Shown: positions 28,015 through 37,983 of the stretch, piece after piece
Layout of the letters: each line of letters begins with the position of its first letter
How positions within the stretch are numbered: position 1 is the stretch's first letter
NCBI GenBank assembly: GCA_965372795.1
Contig: CBDVDR010000001.1
Coordinates: 128,001 to 192,000, forward strand
Length of the DNA: 64,000 nt
DNA from: an uncultured bacterium
GTDB lineage: Bacteria > Zixibacteria > MSB-5A5 > GN15 > FEB-12
Direction: 5' to 3'
The notes under the pieces: generated by a model
The model's database searches: none
Told to the model about the DNA's origin: nothing
What the model saw: only the letters and a program-made list of their open reading frames with translations
Made by a program: the position numbers and the translations under genes

Positions 28015-29712
28015 ATGAGTTACCTCGTATTAGCCCGAAAATACCGCCCCATGACTTTCAAAGACGTTGTGGCGCAAGAACATGTGACGAAAACTATCCA
28101 GAACAGCGTCCAAAATGACCGTCTGGGTTCCTCGTATCTGTTCTGCGGACCCCGAGGTACCGGAAAAACCACGACTGCCCGTATTTTGGCAAAAATGATA
28201 AATTGTGCCGAAGGTCCCACGCCGACTCCATGTGGTGAATGTGCTGCCTGTATCGAAATCACCAACGGTTCGTCACTTGATGTGCTTGAAATTGATGCTG
28301 CCTCAAATACCGGCGTCGATGATATTCGCACTTTGCGTGAGAATGTCCGCTATATGCCAACCTCGGGTAAAATGCGAATCTACATTATTGATGAAGTCCA
28401 TCGTTTATCGGGCGCGGCTTTTGATGCTTTATTGAAAACTCTTGAAGAACCACCGGCTCATGTGATGTTTATTTTTGCGACTACGGAACCGAACAAAGTT
28501 CCGGAGACGATTCTTTCCCGTACTCAGAGATTTGATTTTAAAAGAGTAACGGTTGAAGACCTGGCTAAAAATCTTATCAATATTGCCCAGAAAGACAAAG
28601 TTGAGGTTAATGATGCGGCGGCAAAATTACTCGCCCGCAAGGCTGATGGTTCGGTTCGGGATTCTCTTTCACTATTGGATCAAATAATAGCCTTTGCCGG
28701 AACAAAAATAATTGAACAAGATGTAATTGACGGCTTGGGATTAGTTGATCGGCAATTCCTATTTGAATTTACCGAAGCAATTGCCTCCAAAAATAGTAAA
28801 AATGTTCTTAAGCATATTCGCCAACTGTTCGAGAGCGGCGTTGATATAAAAGATTTTGTAAACGAGCTATTGGAACATCTTCGGGTTCTGATGATTCTTG
28901 CCACCGACAAAGAGGTTGGTCCGGAATTAAATTTTGCCGAAGAAGAGTTAAAGCAATATCTGGTTCAGGCTGACTATTTTTCAATCGGTGATATAATCAG
29001 GTTTATGACAATGGGTGCTGATTTGAATCGTGATTTACGAGGCGGCATGAATGAACGGTTGTTGCTTGAGATGACCGGCGTGAAGATGGCTGAAATGGAA
29101 TCGACTATCCTGTTGCAGGATGTCATCGCCCGTTTGGATGTTGTTTCACAATCGGGTGATTCAGGAGCTGATCTTTTCAAAACTCCAGAAAAAAAAAAGA
29201 GTTTAATTAACACCCCACCAGAAACCCCATCCCGAGAACGAGTTACTTTTGTAAAACGTGAGACTCCCCCGGACACAGAAAGTATTCCTGAAAAAGATTA
29301 TTCGGGACAGGTTAATATTCCAATTTTAACTCAGGGGTGGAGCAATTTTATCCAAAGTTTAAAATTAAAAAGCCCGATGCTGGCGTCTCAGTTGAGCATG
29401 GCTGAGATTAAAGAAGTAAAAGATAGCAAAATTCTGTTTGTTTTTTCTACTTCCGAACAGGCATCTAAGGAACTTGTTGAAAAACAGGATAATATTCGCG
29501 TAATAACTGATACATTACGGGATCATTTCAGAGCTAATATTAGTATAAGATTCGATATCGACAACGATAAGAATTCTCATTCGAAAGAAGAGAATGAAAT
29601 TGAAACGAATAATCAGAGTGTCGCAAAATTGATTGAACAATCCCCGAGGATAAAATCTTTGATCGAAAAGGTCGATGGGGAAATTATCGGTTTGAAGAAA
29701 ATAAAAAAATAA
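28015..29712 (+). CDS. dnaX: DNA polymerase III subunit gamma/tau
   Basis: [21 protein letters not shown], zinc module, [22 protein letters not shown]. Confidence 0.97.
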   Translation: MSYLVLARKYRPMTFKDVVAQEHVTKTIQNSVQNDRLGSSYLFCGPRGTGKTTTARILAKMINCAEGPTPTPCGECAACIEITNGSSLDVLEIDAASNTGVDDIRTLRENVRYMPTSGKMRIYIIDEVHRLSGAAFDALLKTLEEPPAHVMFIFATTEPNKVPETILSRTQRFDFKRVTVEDLAKNLINIAQKDKVEVNDAAAKLLARKADGSVRDSLSLLDQIIAFAGTKIIEQDVIDGLGLVDRQFLFEFTEAIASKNSKNVLKHIRQLFESGVDIKDFVNELLEHLRVLMILATDKEVGPELNFAEEELKQYLVQADYFSIGDIIRFMTMGADLNRDLRGGMNERLLLEMTGVKMAEMESTILLQDVIARLDVVSQSGDSGADLFKTPEKKKSLINTPPETPSRERVTFVKRETPPDTESIPEKDYSGQVNIPILTQGWSNFIQSLKLKSPMLASQLSMAEIKEVKDSKILFVFSTSEQASKELVEKQDNIRVITDTLRDHFRANISIRFDIDNDKNSHSKEENEIETNNQSVAKLIEQSPRIKSLIEKVDGEIIGLKKIKK

Positions 29713-29732
29713 ACATTTTCGAAGGAGATGTC

Positions 29733-30059
29733 ATGAATAAAGGTTCAATGGGTAATATGATGAAGCAGGCTCAGAAGATGCAGGAGCAGATGCAAAAGAT
29801 GCAGGAAGAGCTTGAAAATACGGAGGTTGAAGGATCATCCGGCGGCGGCATGATCAAAGTGACAGCCAACGGTAAGGGTGATGTGACTACGATAACAATT
29901 GATCCGGAAGTTGTCGACAAAGAAGATGTTGAAATGCTTCAGGATTTAATTCTGGCTGCAATTGCTCAGGCTAAAGAGAAGTCACAGGAATTACAAGCCG
30001 AACAGATGTCAAGTATCACCGGCGGATTAAATCTCCCCGGATTGAATTTACCTTTTTAA
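29733..30059 (+). CDS. ybaB: YbaB/EbfC nucleoid-associated protein
   Basis: [27 protein letters not shown]; between dnaX and recR. Confidence 0.95.
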   Translation: MNKGSMGNMMKQAQKMQEQMQKMQEELENTEVEGSSGGGMIKVTANGKGDVTTITIDPEVVDKEDVEMLQDLILAAIAQAKEKSQELQAEQMSSITGGLNLPGLNLPF

Positions 30060-30073
30060 TAGCTTGAGAATTT

Positions 30074-30670
30074 ATGTTTAAATCAGCCGGATCAGTTGAA
30101 AAACTTGCCAACCGTTTAGCGCGCCTTCCCGGTATCGGAAGGAAATCTGCTAACAGACTGGCTTTTCATATTCTTAAACTTTCAAAAGAGGAAGCTTTTG
30201 ACCTTTCTGATATTATTCGGGAGGTAAAAGAGAAGGTTGGGTTCTGTTCAAAATGCAACAATGTTTCTGAAACCGATCCCTGTCAGATATGCACTGACCC
30301 GAATCGAGTTAGAAGTATTATTTGTGTTGTAGAAGAATCAGCCGATGCCGCCGCTATTGATAAAGTTGAAGGATTCAAAGGACTCTTTCATATTTTGGGC
30401 GGGAGACTCTCACCCCTTGATGGTATTGGTCCTGATGATTTAAAAATCAGAGAACTGCTTGACCGGATTGTAGATGAGGTTGAGGAAATAGTTATCGCCA
30501 CAAATCCTAATGTCGAGGGTGAAGCGACAGCAATTTATCTATCTAAACTTTTGAAGCCTTTGGGATTGAAAGTTACAAGAATTGCAAGGGGACTTCCGGT
30601 TGGCTCTGATTTGGAATATGCTGACTCGGTGACACTCAGTCGCGCTTTAGAAGGAAGACAGGATTTTTAA
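30074..30670 (+). CDS. recR: Recombination mediator RecR
   Basis: LPGIGRKSA HhH, C4 zinc finger, TOPRIM NPNVEGEATA. Confidence 0.97.
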   Translation: MFKSAGSVEKLANRLARLPGIGRKSANRLAFHILKLSKEEAFDLSDIIREVKEKVGFCSKCNNVSETDPCQICTDPNRVRSIICVVEESADAAAIDKVEGFKGLFHILGGRLSPLDGIGPDDLKIRELLDRIVDEVEEIVIATNPNVEGEATAIYLSKLLKPLGLKVTRIARGLPVGSDLEYADSVTLSRALEGRQDF

Positions 30671-30674
30671 ATAA

Positions 30675-32735
30675 ATGCTGAAAATTCTGGACAAAAAATT
30701 AGGTTTATACTTGCTGGCCGGGATAGCCTTTTATTTCATCATAGCCCAACATTTAGGACATCACCTGTTTGACAATAACTGGTCATTTTACCATTTCGAT
30801 TCAATTCCAACCTGGTATTTCTTTTTATGGATTTCAGTATTTATTTCATCAATAGTAATTTTCTTTAATTATCAAAAAAGTTTTGGACGATTTATTGATG
30901 GAAAACTTAATGCCCGTGTCGCCGGGGTGGCATTGTTTTTATTATTTATAATTTTCAGGTACGATTCTTTTGTGTTCGGTGACGGTAATCTTCGCATTAA
31001 TCAAATTGGAATAACAGAAAATATCTTTATCCGTTGGTTTGAATTTGGTTCAATATGGACAGTTAAAATAATTTATGAAATAATAAATTTTGTTGGCAGT
31101 TATTTTGACAATTTTAATCAGCCTACAGTTTATCGACTAAAACTATTCGCCGCAGCTAATGCCTGGATTGTCTTCTCGTATATTTCAATTATCTTAGCAG
31201 CAATATCCGCTTTCAAAATCACTCATGAACTCAGCCCCGATCATTCCCGTCGCTGGTTAATATTTGTAATTCTGTTTTTTGGACCACAAAGTTTACTTTA
31301 TTTTGGATATACCGGACTTGAACCTGTTATTGTAGCTTTTATTTATTGGTTCGCACTGTTTGCAATTAAATTATCTTATCGTTTTACAACAAATCGATTA
31401 ATGATGCTTTGGTTGATTCAATTACTGGCGATATTCTTCCACATCAGTCTTGTAATACTAATTCCAGCTTCAATTTATATATCAATAAAATCACTTATCA
31501 AATGGAAATTCAGACGAAAACTGGCGATAACTTTTGCCATGGCTGCATATTTGATAATGATTGTTGTGACATATATACTTTCCCGGGAAAATTTTGAATT
31601 TTCTAAATACATTCTGTTTCTATCCGGCAAGAATCCTCACTCTGATTATGGTTTGTTTTCTCTCAGACATTTAGGTGATATTTTTCAAGCCTTCGGATTT
31701 CTTTTCCCTCAATTTATAGTAATTTTTTATCTCTTAATCGGAAAAGACAAATTCAGAAATATTAAAGGAATGGGTGTTTCGATAATTATTGCAATTCCGG
31801 CACTAACCTTATTTTTTATTGCCGATCCAATCAACGGCATGCCATTTGATATCCCCCGGTTTACAGCTTTGCTCACGCCGCTGTCATTAGTGTTGGTTTT
31901 GGCAGTACGCGATGTTGATTTTTGCATCAAAGGAATCCCAATCTTTACCCGTTCGTTAGCAGCTCTTTGTATGTTCGTACCTTTGAGTTATATACCGGTC
32001 TATACTAACATACATCTTGCTGATAAATATCTTTCAAAATTTCTCGATAATAACGAAGTATATTTTTTAAGTGGAAGCATCTCTTTCAGGGATTCATATT
32101 TTTATAAAAATAATTTTGATAAAGCAAATTATTGGGAATGGGAACAGCCGAAGAAATCACCTGATTATATCAATTTTGCCGGTTGTACAAATTTGGTTGG
32201 GAATGAACAATACTCTGATGCTTTCAAAACCCTAAACCTCATTATTGCACAGCACCCTTACTGGGTTGGTCCTCGATCTTTACTGGCTTCAACTCAATTG
32301 TTGACTAATAACCCGCAACTGGCTAAACCTAATATCGACACTTGTCTTTTGCTTGAACCCTTTGAAAAAGAACACCACCGTCAATTGTTTTTGTATTATC
32401 AATCAATAAAAAATTACCCCGATGCATTTAATGTGGTTGAAAATTCATTAGAGTTGTACCCATCAGACACCGGTTTCCTGATTGATTTAATGGTCTTGCA
32501 CAACACTATTGGCAACATACCCTCAGCTGATTCTTTAGCTAACAAAATAATACAGATTGATCCTGATATTGCATACCCTTATGCAATCAAAGCTTTTATT
32601 GCAGAACGAACGAAAAATATAAAATCTGCGATTGGGTTTTATGAGGAATTTATCAGATTAGCTCCGGATGATCCCGAGACACCTTCAATCAGAAAAAGAT
32701 TAAACAATCTTATTCTCAAGCAAAAAGAACAATAA
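30675..32735 (+). CDS. Multi-pass membrane protein with C-terminal TPR repeats
   Basis: More than ten hydrophobic segments, then TPR-like helices (..LELYPSD.., ..IRLAPDDP..). Confidence 0.75.
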   Translation: MLKILDKKLGLYLLAGIAFYFIIAQHLGHHLFDNNWSFYHFDSIPTWYFFLWISVFISSIVIFFNYQKSFGRFIDGKLNARVAGVALFLLFIIFRYDSFVFGDGNLRINQIGITENIFIRWFEFGSIWTVKIIYEIINFVGSYFDNFNQPTVYRLKLFAAANAWIVFSYISIILAAISAFKITHELSPDHSRRWLIFVILFFGPQSLLYFGYTGLEPVIVAFIYWFALFAIKLSYRFTTNRLMMLWLIQLLAIFFHISLVILIPASIYISIKSLIKWKFRRKLAITFAMAAYLIMIVVTYILSRENFEFSKYILFLSGKNPHSDYGLFSLRHLGDIFQAFGFLFPQFIVIFYLLIGKDKFRNIKGMGVSIIIAIPALTLFFIADPINGMPFDIPRFTALLTPLSLVLVLAVRDVDFCIKGIPIFTRSLAALCMFVPLSYIPVYTNIHLADKYLSKFLDNNEVYFLSGSISFRDSYFYKNNFDKANYWEWEQPKKSPDYINFAGCTNLVGNEQYSDAFKTLNLIIAQHPYWVGPRSLLASTQLLTNNPQLAKPNIDTCLLLEPFEKEHHRQLFLYYQSIKNYPDAFNVVENSLELYPSDTGFLIDLMVLHNTIGNIPSADSLANKIIQIDPDIAYPYAIKAFIAERTKNIKSAIGFYEEFIRLAPDDPETPSIRKRLNNLILKQKEQ

Positions 32736-32744
32736 CCAAGCTAA

Positions 32745-34145
32745 TTAAACTTTACTATGCAGCCGAGTAAAACCATCGAGGGCCGCAACTTTATAAGCCT
32801 CGGCAAGCGTCGGATAGTTAAATACTGTCTCGATAAAATAATCCAAAGTACCGCCAAGGGTCATTACTGCCTGGCCAATATGAATTAATTCGGTGGCTCT
32901 TTCTCCGACAATATGGACTCCAAGCAGCCTTCGTGATTTAGAATCAAAAATTAACTTAAGCATCCCGTCATGATCATTTATAATCTGACCACGAGCCAAT
33001 TCAAAATATCGGGCAATACCAATTTCGTACTCTTGACCGCTTTTTGTTAAGGCTTGCTCGGTCTCACCAACCATCGAGACTTCCGGGATAGTATAGATTC
33101 CGAAAGGAAGTAAGTTATTTATACATGATGTATTAGTCGATTCAAAAGCATGAAGGGCAGCCAGCCGTCCCTGATCCATCGAGGTTGATGCTAAGGATGG
33201 AAATCCAATAACATCACCGACCGCATAAATATTCGGAACAGAAGTACGATACATATCATCAACTTTTATTATACTTTGCTTTGTGGTCTCAATCCCCAGA
33301 CTTTTCAGTCCCAGATTTTCGGTGTTTCCTAAGCGACCGGCAGCGAATAACAACCTGTCTGATATAACTTTACGTCCGCTCTTAGTCGTAGTTACAACTT
33401 GATTATTTTCAACCTTAACATCTTTTGCCCCATCGCCTAAAACAAGATTTATTCTATATTTACGCATAAGATAAATTAAGGCATCAGAAATTTCCCGATC
33501 AAGGAATGAAAGCAATTGTTCGCGGTCATCAACTATGGTAACTCTGACACCGATATGCCCAAAGATTGAAGCATATTCACATCCAATGACACCTCCTCCA
33601 ACAATGGTCAGAGATCTGGGAATTGTATCAATATTAATAATTGACTCACCGTCATAAATAAATTTATCATCAAAAGTTATATGTTCGGGATGATAGGGAC
33701 GGGTTCCGGTAGAGATTATTATTATTTCAGCTTTAATAATTTGAGTATTTCCCTCATCATCTGTCACTTCCACAGTATTTGGATCAGCTATTTTCCCTGA
33801 GCCTTGAATGACATCAATCCGGTAACGTGACATATTTTGCTGAATAACATCAAGTTCCTGCTGAATAACCTGATCCTTGCGATACATTAATTCTCTTAAA
33901 GATAGATTTTCCATTGAAGTGTTAGTCATGCCATAGACCGATCTCTGGCGTAAACCGACAATATACATAACCGTTTCACGGAGTGTTTTTGATGGAATAG
34001 TACCGGTGTGGATACAGACGCCGCCCTGCACCGATTGTCGCTCAATTATAGCGGTAGTTTTACGCATTTTTGAAGCTTGAATGGCGGCTTTCTCGCCTGC
34101 CGGACCGGAGCCTATAATGACTAAATTGTATTTTTTTTCATTCAT
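32745..34145 (-). CDS. sthA: Soluble pyridine nucleotide transhydrogenase
   Basis: GSGPAG, GGVCIHTGTIPSK (CxxxxT), GDVIGFPSLAS, FNYPTLAEAYKVAALDG. Confidence 0.92.
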   Translation of the reverse strand: MNEKKYNLVIIGSGPAGEKAAIQASKMRKTTAIIERQSVQGGVCIHTGTIPSKTLRETVMYIVGLRQRSVYGMTNTSMENLSLRELMYRKDQVIQQELDVIQQNMSRYRIDVIQGSGKIADPNTVEVTDDEGNTQIIKAEIIIISTGTRPYHPEHITFDDKFIYDGESIINIDTIPRSLTIVGGGVIGCEYASIFGHIGVRVTIVDDREQLLSFLDREISDALIYLMRKYRINLVLGDGAKDVKVENNQVVTTTKSGRKVISDRLLFAAGRLGNTENLGLKSLGIETTKQSIIKVDDMYRTSVPNIYAVGDVIGFPSLASTSMDQGRLAALHAFESTNTSCINNLLPFGIYTIPEVSMVGETEQALTKSGQEYEIGIARYFELARGQIINDHDGMLKLIFDSKSRRLLGVHIVGERATELIHIGQAVMTLGGTLDYFIETVFNYPTLAEAYKVAALDGFTRLHSKV

Positions 34146-34231
34146 TTATTTATCCCAGTATTTTACAAATAACTTTCAAGAATCATAGATACATTCAAAG
34201 ACTAAATAAGTCAATAAATCAATGTTCGGAA

Positions 34232-35251
34232 TTATTCATTCAGGTGCGGTTCATTCAGAGACTCAAGTGAATCTGACATGCGGGCAGTCTCTTTTTTTGC
34301 CTTATCAAAACTATTGGTTATTGATCTTAATGATCCTTCTATTCTATCGTAAAAACCATCCACCTTATTTAGCGAATCAGTCAAATTGCCAATAACAGTT
34401 GCCAGCGTACGACTTTGGGAAGATATCTGGGAATGTTTAAACACGGCTGTAAGCGAGACAAGGAAGCCGTATAAATGTCCGGGAGACGATGGTATTACTC
34501 TTTGGCTGAGAGCGTATGAGAAGGCATTCTCACTGCTGTCAGATATAAATCTATAGTATACCGCCTCAGATGGAATATACATCACCGCAATATCGGTTGT
34601 GTCTTCCTCGGGCAGGATATATTTATTACTAATATCATCGATATGTTTTCTAACAGTTCTTAGAAACTCTTTTGCTAATATTTTATCATCAGGGTTTTCA
34701 ATTGTGCGCTGATAAGATTCGAGTGGGAATTTTGAATCAATCGGAAGCAGCATATCACCCAGATGAATAACAGCATCAACTCTTTGACCGGATTTGAATC
34801 CATGCTGCATCTGATATAATTTTTGAGGGAGGATCTGGCCGAGCAGATTATCCAGCAATATTTCACCTAAATTACCCCTGATTTTTGGAGGTTTGAGAAG
34901 CTCTGACAGGGATTGAATATTATTTCCAATCGTTTCAATTTTCTTCGCTTGAATTTCAAGCTCTCCAAGTTTGTGTTCGATTTCTCCAAATAATTTCAGA
35001 CGTCGATCAAGAGTTTGAGTATTTTCTGATAAGCGGTTATTAACCTGACTATTTATTTTATCAAGGGTGTCACGAATAGTAACGATGCTTTCTATCTGTT
35101 TAGATAGCAGATCGTTTTTGAATGAGGCAAGAATAGGTTCGATTTGAGAATCTTTATTCCTTTTTGAACGCAGTAATAGAATCACACCTGCTGTTAAAAG
35201 CAGATTCACAAAGATTAACAGATATAGCAGTATTTGGTTAAATTCCATCAC
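34232..35251 (-). CDS. rmuC: DNA recombination protein RmuC
   Basis: N-terminal TM, coiled coil, RGNLGE, IDSKFP, KYI, MYIPSE. Confidence 0.9.
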   Translation of the reverse strand: MMEFNQILLYLLIFVNLLLTAGVILLLRSKRNKDSQIEPILASFKNDLLSKQIESIVTIRDTLDKINSQVNNRLSENTQTLDRRLKLFGEIEHKLGELEIQAKKIETIGNNIQSLSELLKPPKIRGNLGEILLDNLLGQILPQKLYQMQHGFKSGQRVDAVIHLGDMLLPIDSKFPLESYQRTIENPDDKILAKEFLRTVRKHIDDISNKYILPEEDTTDIAVMYIPSEAVYYRFISDSSENAFSYALSQRVIPSSPGHLYGFLVSLTAVFKHSQISSQSRTLATVIGNLTDSLNKVDGFYDRIEGSLRSITNSFDKAKKETARMSDSLESLNEPHLNE

Positions 35252-35268
35252 CTACATTAAAAAATAAA

Positions 35269-36858
35269 TCAGCGAGGAAGCAACTTAAAATTATCATCCG
35301 TTGTAAGATTGTGATTGAGCAGGGATTTTTTAAATTTTACCGATATGGTTTTATTCGGTTCATCAAAATATTCAGATGAGGGCGATATCCCCCAGATATA
35401 TTTTGCAATCAGATGATCAGTGGCATAATCGTATACGCCTACTTCATTTTGATCATACCGGAGACCATAACGGTATCCTTCAAAATAAAATTCGCGTTTA
35501 TATTGTGTTTCAAACAGAGTCGATTTTCTTCTCATTAATTTTTCAGAACTACTGAACAAAATGTTTCCTTCAACATCTATGTCATTCTGAGATCGACACT
35601 CAAAGCCAAGCCATTCTTTATCGGATTTAATTGTAAAAATATCGTTTTCATACAGAATCTTGCCCTTCTCTAATTTTCCGGGTAAAATTTCAGCTTTTTC
35701 TTTTAGTTTATATTCATAATACTCTTTAAAATCAACCAGCACCTCTGTCCAAGTTTCTTTCTTCAATGATTCAGCTATTCTTTGTTGAATTTTTGAAGTT
35801 ACAAGCCCGTTCACCTGATTAAACGGTCCTGAGAAATACAGATATAAATCAAAATAATTATCGGTTCCGATTTTATCAATCATATAGGATGTAAATAAAC
35901 CGGAAATCGGATAGGCAATATCTGAGGAGGAGTTTCTTTCAAAATCACCCATGGTTAAAATTGAATCCAGTTCAACTATTTCGTGATGCAAAATATAGCC
36001 GCCCAATTCAAGCAGGGTATATGGTGTTTTTCCGGTCCGTCCGGCATAGTATACGGCGATACCCTCCCGGAACAGGGGCAGAGTATATAACGGGAGTTGT
36101 CTTAGCTTATAATTCACAAGCAGATGAATGATTTCATGATTATGCGGGAAAAAAGAGCTAATAATGTCATTTGAAGGTAAATCATAAGTTCCTTTGATAA
36201 GGAAACCGGTGATAGTTTCAACTTTTCGATCATTACCACAGTAAAAATACTCAATTTTATTATCAGCGATATATTTTAAATCGTCACCCTTGATACCTAA
36301 TGATTTGCAGATTCTTTCGACAAAATTGTCGATTTCAAATAGATTGATTTCGTTAAGATAAGACTCTCTTCCCTTTTGCATGTGAATTCGAAAATATTCA
36401 GTTTCTCTAATTTCCCAATCTTTACAGAAATAATCCTGTGGATAGATCAACCAATAATAAGTACTGTCATGGCCAAGATAATAATCATGACTTACTTTTT
36501 GATTACCAACTACTGCTCCATACTCAAGTTTATAATGAATATTATCTTTTAATCTGGTGCTTTGTTTAACCGCCCTGGTTAAATGATTTTTCATTACATC
36601 AAGATTTCTAATAATCGGAGATGAACAGTCAGCTTTTATCGGGATATCATCATACTGGATATTAAACCTCATTGCCCGTTCTTTTGAATCGGGTCTCCAA
36701 AATTGACTTGCCGATTCAAAATTCCCCGACATAAGATGATCAAAGTATTCCCTCAATACTTCAGGAGCACTTTGTGCTGAAGTCTGCGTCGCCATTAATA
36801 AAAACGAGGCAAGGATGATAACCATTATAACAGATATTTTTTTCCGGGCTGATCTCAT
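35269..36858 (-). CDS. Secreted zinc-peptidase-like protein (HExxH...E)
   Basis: Signal peptide from ATG 36858 behind AGGAG; HEIIH...EGIAVY gluzincin-type motif. Confidence 0.7.
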   Translation of the reverse strand: MRSARKKISVIMVIILASFLLMATQTSAQSAPEVLREYFDHLMSGNFESASQFWRPDSKERAMRFNIQYDDIPIKADCSSPIIRNLDVMKNHLTRAVKQSTRLKDNIHYKLEYGAVVGNQKVSHDYYLGHDSTYYWLIYPQDYFCKDWEIRETEYFRIHMQKGRESYLNEINLFEIDNFVERICKSLGIKGDDLKYIADNKIEYFYCGNDRKVETITGFLIKGTYDLPSNDIISSFFPHNHEIIHLLVNYKLRQLPLYTLPLFREGIAVYYAGRTGKTPYTLLELGGYILHHEIVELDSILTMGDFERNSSSDIAYPISGLFTSYMIDKIGTDNYFDLYLYFSGPFNQVNGLVTSKIQQRIAESLKKETWTEVLVDFKEYYEYKLKEKAEILPGKLEKGKILYENDIFTIKSDKEWLGFECRSQNDIDVEGNILFSSSEKLMRRKSTLFETQYKREFYFEGYRYGLRYDQNEVGVYDYATDHLIAKYIWGISPSSEYFDEPNKTISVKFKKSLLNHNLTTDDNFKLLPR

Positions 36859-36927
36859 TTTCTTCTCCTGATAAATTCTAATTCCCCGACAATATATTCC
36901 TTTTACAATTTTTGTCCAGTTCAACAC

Positions 36928-36959
36928 AAAAAAAAGCCCCATAAAAATGGGGCTTTTTT
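36928..36959. terminator. Intrinsic terminator after the PorV-like gene
   Basis: AAAAAAAAGCCCCAT..ATGGGGCTTTTTT. Confidence 0.8.
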
Positions 36960-36973
36960 CTGTTATTCTATAT

Positions 36974-37972
36974 TTAGAAGATAAAACCGACAGAAAACTT
37001 CTGAGTCGATGAAAGTCTTCCAAAATCCTGCCAGGCATAATCAATGACAAGATTGGTACTGCTTGATAGGAAAGTTGAAAGTCCTGCTCCAAAGGCAAGA
37101 GTTTCTTCGTTATAATTTAATTTATAACCACCTCTTAAAAAGAATTTTTCAGAGAAACCAAGCTCAGCACCAAATGATCCTTGTTGGATATTATCACTTG
37201 GGTGTTTTAATTCACCTGATAGAGTTAATATCGAACTTGGTCCCATTTCAACATCATATGCCATACCTAAACGAAATACCATCGGTAAAGAATATGGAGT
37301 AGTTTTCAATTCTGCTCCGATAGAGCTGTTTGAACCTTCTCCGGTTAACTCATCATAAGGAACATCCAAATCGGAGCCGGTGAACTTAAGGTCCGGTCCC
37401 ATGTTTGAAATGCTCATGCCCATTCTTAATGAACGATAGCCGATATGCAGCATAGTTCCGAAATCAAAGGCTAATGATGATGAAGTTTCATTGGCAATCC
37501 GTTCCCCGATATACTTCACAGACCCGCCAAAAGCAAATCTGTTTGTTAACTGGCGGGCAAAAGTTACACCAACAGAGTACGATGAAGCGGTATAAAATTG
37601 TCCGGTGCCATCCTGTTGTTCAAAGGTTGTTATCTCCTGCTCTCCCATTGACAGGATTGCAGCCGACACACCAAAGACTCCAATATCTTCAAAATATCGA
37701 GCAAAGCCGGCATAATTCAAATTAACATCCAACAGCCAGTTTACATTTGTAAAGGCGATTGCTGAATTTTCAATTTGTGCTAATCCGGCCGGGTTCCAAT
37801 ACATAGCATAGACATCATTAACAGTTGCCGCCGAGGCGTCACCCATTCCCTGATATCTGGAGCCAACGCCGATTTTCAAGAATTGAGCTCCACTGGAACC
37901 GATGTTAGTTTGGTCTGCTAAGGCTGAGCCGGCAAACATTACTACCATCATTATAACTAATGTTTTTTTCAT
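36974..37972 (-). CDS. PorV/PorQ-family outer-membrane beta-barrel protein
   Basis: AQFLKIGVGSR..GMG, YWNPAGLA, AFDFG, LRGGY, IDYA, terminal F. Confidence 0.88.
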   Translation of the reverse strand: MKKTLVIMMVVMFAGSALADQTNIGSSGAQFLKIGVGSRYQGMGDASAATVNDVYAMYWNPAGLAQIENSAIAFTNVNWLLDVNLNYAGFARYFEDIGVFGVSAAILSMGEQEITTFEQQDGTGQFYTASSYSVGVTFARQLTNRFAFGGSVKYIGERIANETSSSLAFDFGTMLHIGYRSLRMGMSISNMGPDLKFTGSDLDVPYDELTGEGSNSSIGAELKTTPYSLPMVFRLGMAYDVEMGPSSILTLSGELKHPSDNIQQGSFGAELGFSEKFFLRGGYKLNYNEETLAFGAGLSTFLSSSTNLVIDYAWQDFGRLSSTQKFSVGFIF

Positions 37973-37983
37973 TTGGCGCCTCA

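Noticed and set aside
36859..37098. N-terminal extension of the 609-aa ORF
   Set aside because: Overlaps the PorV-like gene and a terminator; ATG 36858 has an SD and a signal peptide
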